A stretch of DNA of 63,386 bases, filler included, from Octopus bimaculoides (lineage: Eukaryota), in the NCBI RefSeq assembly GCF_001194135.2. It is 10 parts of 9 records of this genome, joined end to end, with 100 filler letters (N's around TTAATTAATTAA, not from the genome) between each part and the next. Parts side by side here need not be neighbours in the genome. Positions count along the whole stretch, not along the records: positions 61,081 to 63,386 come from NW_026416876.1; 9 more parts are not named here. The stretch is one strand, 5' to 3'. Position 1 is the stretch's first letter. Each line of letters opens with the position of its first letter. Of the stretch, positions 62,040-63,386 are shown one piece after another. The notes below the pieces were generated by a model that made no database searches, was not told the DNA's origin, and saw nothing but the letters and a program-made list of their open reading frames with translations. A program made the position numbers and the translations under genes.

Positions 62040-62165
62040 GATGCGTGGCGTTCGATCAATCCTGTTTCTATGATAGAAACGTAAAACGACCACTCTTTTC
62101 TTTCTTTGAGCATCTTAGTAATACTTTGCATGTTACATCCTCACGTTGTTGTTTTTTTTTTTCTA
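62040..62165 (+). mobile_element. Repeat family E, hammerhead helix II deleted
   Basis: gttt-ctatgata-gaaacgt-a-aaac followed by the E tail (gagcatc...catcctcacgttgttg). Confidence 0.6.
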
Positions 62166-62197
62166 GTTATCTTTTTTCTCTGCTTTTTTAATTAACT

Positions 62198-62242
<45 letters not shown>

Positions 62243-62834
62243 NNNNNNNNNNNNNNNNNNNNNNNNNNNNNNNNNNNNNNNNNNNNNNNNNNNNNNNNNN
62301 NNNNNNNNNNNNNNNNNNNNNNNNNNNNNNNNNNNNNNNNNNNNNNNNNNNNNNNNNNNNNNNNNNNNNNNNNNNNNNNNNNNNNNNNNNNNNNNNNNNN
62401 NNNNNNNNNNNNNNNNNNNNNNNNNNNNNNNNNNNNNNNNNNNNNNNNNNNNNNNNNNNNNNNNNNNNNNNNNNNNNNNNNNNNNNNNNNNNNNNNNNNN
62501 NNNNNNNNNNNNNNNNNNNNNNNNNNNNNNNNNNNNNNNNNNNNNNNNNNNNNNNNNNNNNNNNNNNNNNNNNNNNNNNNNNNNNNNNNNNNNNNNNNNN
62601 NNNNNNNNNNNNNNNNNNNNNNNNNNNNNNNNNNNNNNNNNNNNNNNNNNNNNNNNNNNNNNNNNNNNNNNNNNNNNNNNNNNNNNNNNNNNNNNNNNNN
62701 NNNNNNNNNNNNNNNNNNNNNNNNNNNNNNNNNNNNNNNNNNNNNNNNNNNNNNNNNNNNNNNNNNNNNNTATATATATATAAATATATATATATACACA
62801 CACACACGCACGCACACACACACACACACACACG

Positions 62835-62990
62835 ATGGACTTCTTTCAGCTTCCGTCTACTAAATCCACTCACAAGATTATATTCGATCCGGCGTTATAG
62901 TAGAGAAGATACTTGCTCAAGGTGACACTGAACCCAAGACCACGTAGTTGGGAGGCAAGTTTCTTCACCACACAGCCAAGTCTACACCTA
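62835..62990 (-). mobile_element. SINE family B, 5' half
   Basis: ttctttcagcttccgtctactaaatccactcacaag...accacacagcc. Confidence 0.8.
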
Positions 62991-63108
62991 CATGCATGCA
63001 TACATACATACGTGAACGAATGACATTGAAAAGTTGCAAGCTGTTCGCAATTGAACTGCATGATTTAATTATGCTGTGTAAATCAGTTGAAAAACTATTA
63101 ACTCGAGG

Positions 63109-63139
<31 letters not shown>

Positions 63140-63386
63140 CGGCGGAGGAACTAAAGAAGATGAACAAATTGCTCTTTACCTCTTTCACTATGTCTTGTTC
63201 TCTCTCCTCTCTCTTTCTATGTCCACATTCACACAGACGACATCATTAAGTTGCTTGAGAGCATCGAGATATATATATATATGTATTAGTGCATTAAATG
63301 AAAGAGTAAGTAAAATGGCTTAATTATAATGTGTAGATAATTATCAACACATACCAGTAGTGTTAAGATCAAGTTACACGCGCGCT

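Noticed and set aside
785-62873. Long ORFs in the track (200-400 aa)
   Set aside because: They span N gaps or translate microsatellites (poly-CV, HT, YI, ER).

Overview
Gappy, repeat-dominated animal genomic DNA. An octopod cephalopod is likely, inferred from the SINE families and the (CA)n/(TA)n/(TACA)n density and not provable here. About 11 kb is N, and nine small gaps carry an artificial TTAATTAATTAA spacer. One host gene is clear: three in-frame, phase-compatible + strand exons of an SLC22/organic-cation-transporter-like MFS gene (13986-14194, 18717-18947, 19508-19710). A possible terminal exon lies at 44760-44830; the first and middle exons were not found. The rest is TE debris: two mariner remnants, two Helitron remnants, CRE-, R4/Dong-, CR1/L2- and RTE-type LINE fragments, a Gypsy gag remnant, Tigger-like and piggyBac-like MITEs, and many tRNA-headed SINEs. 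The most notable signal is minimal type I hammerhead-ribozyme folds of the Penelope type in two non-coding repeat families. One sits downstream of a tRNA-like Pol III head (29838-30087) inside a fold-back whose other arm has lost the ribozyme; the other family shows a compensatory base change between copies. All calls come from manual reading and translation; no database search was run, so novelty is unverified.
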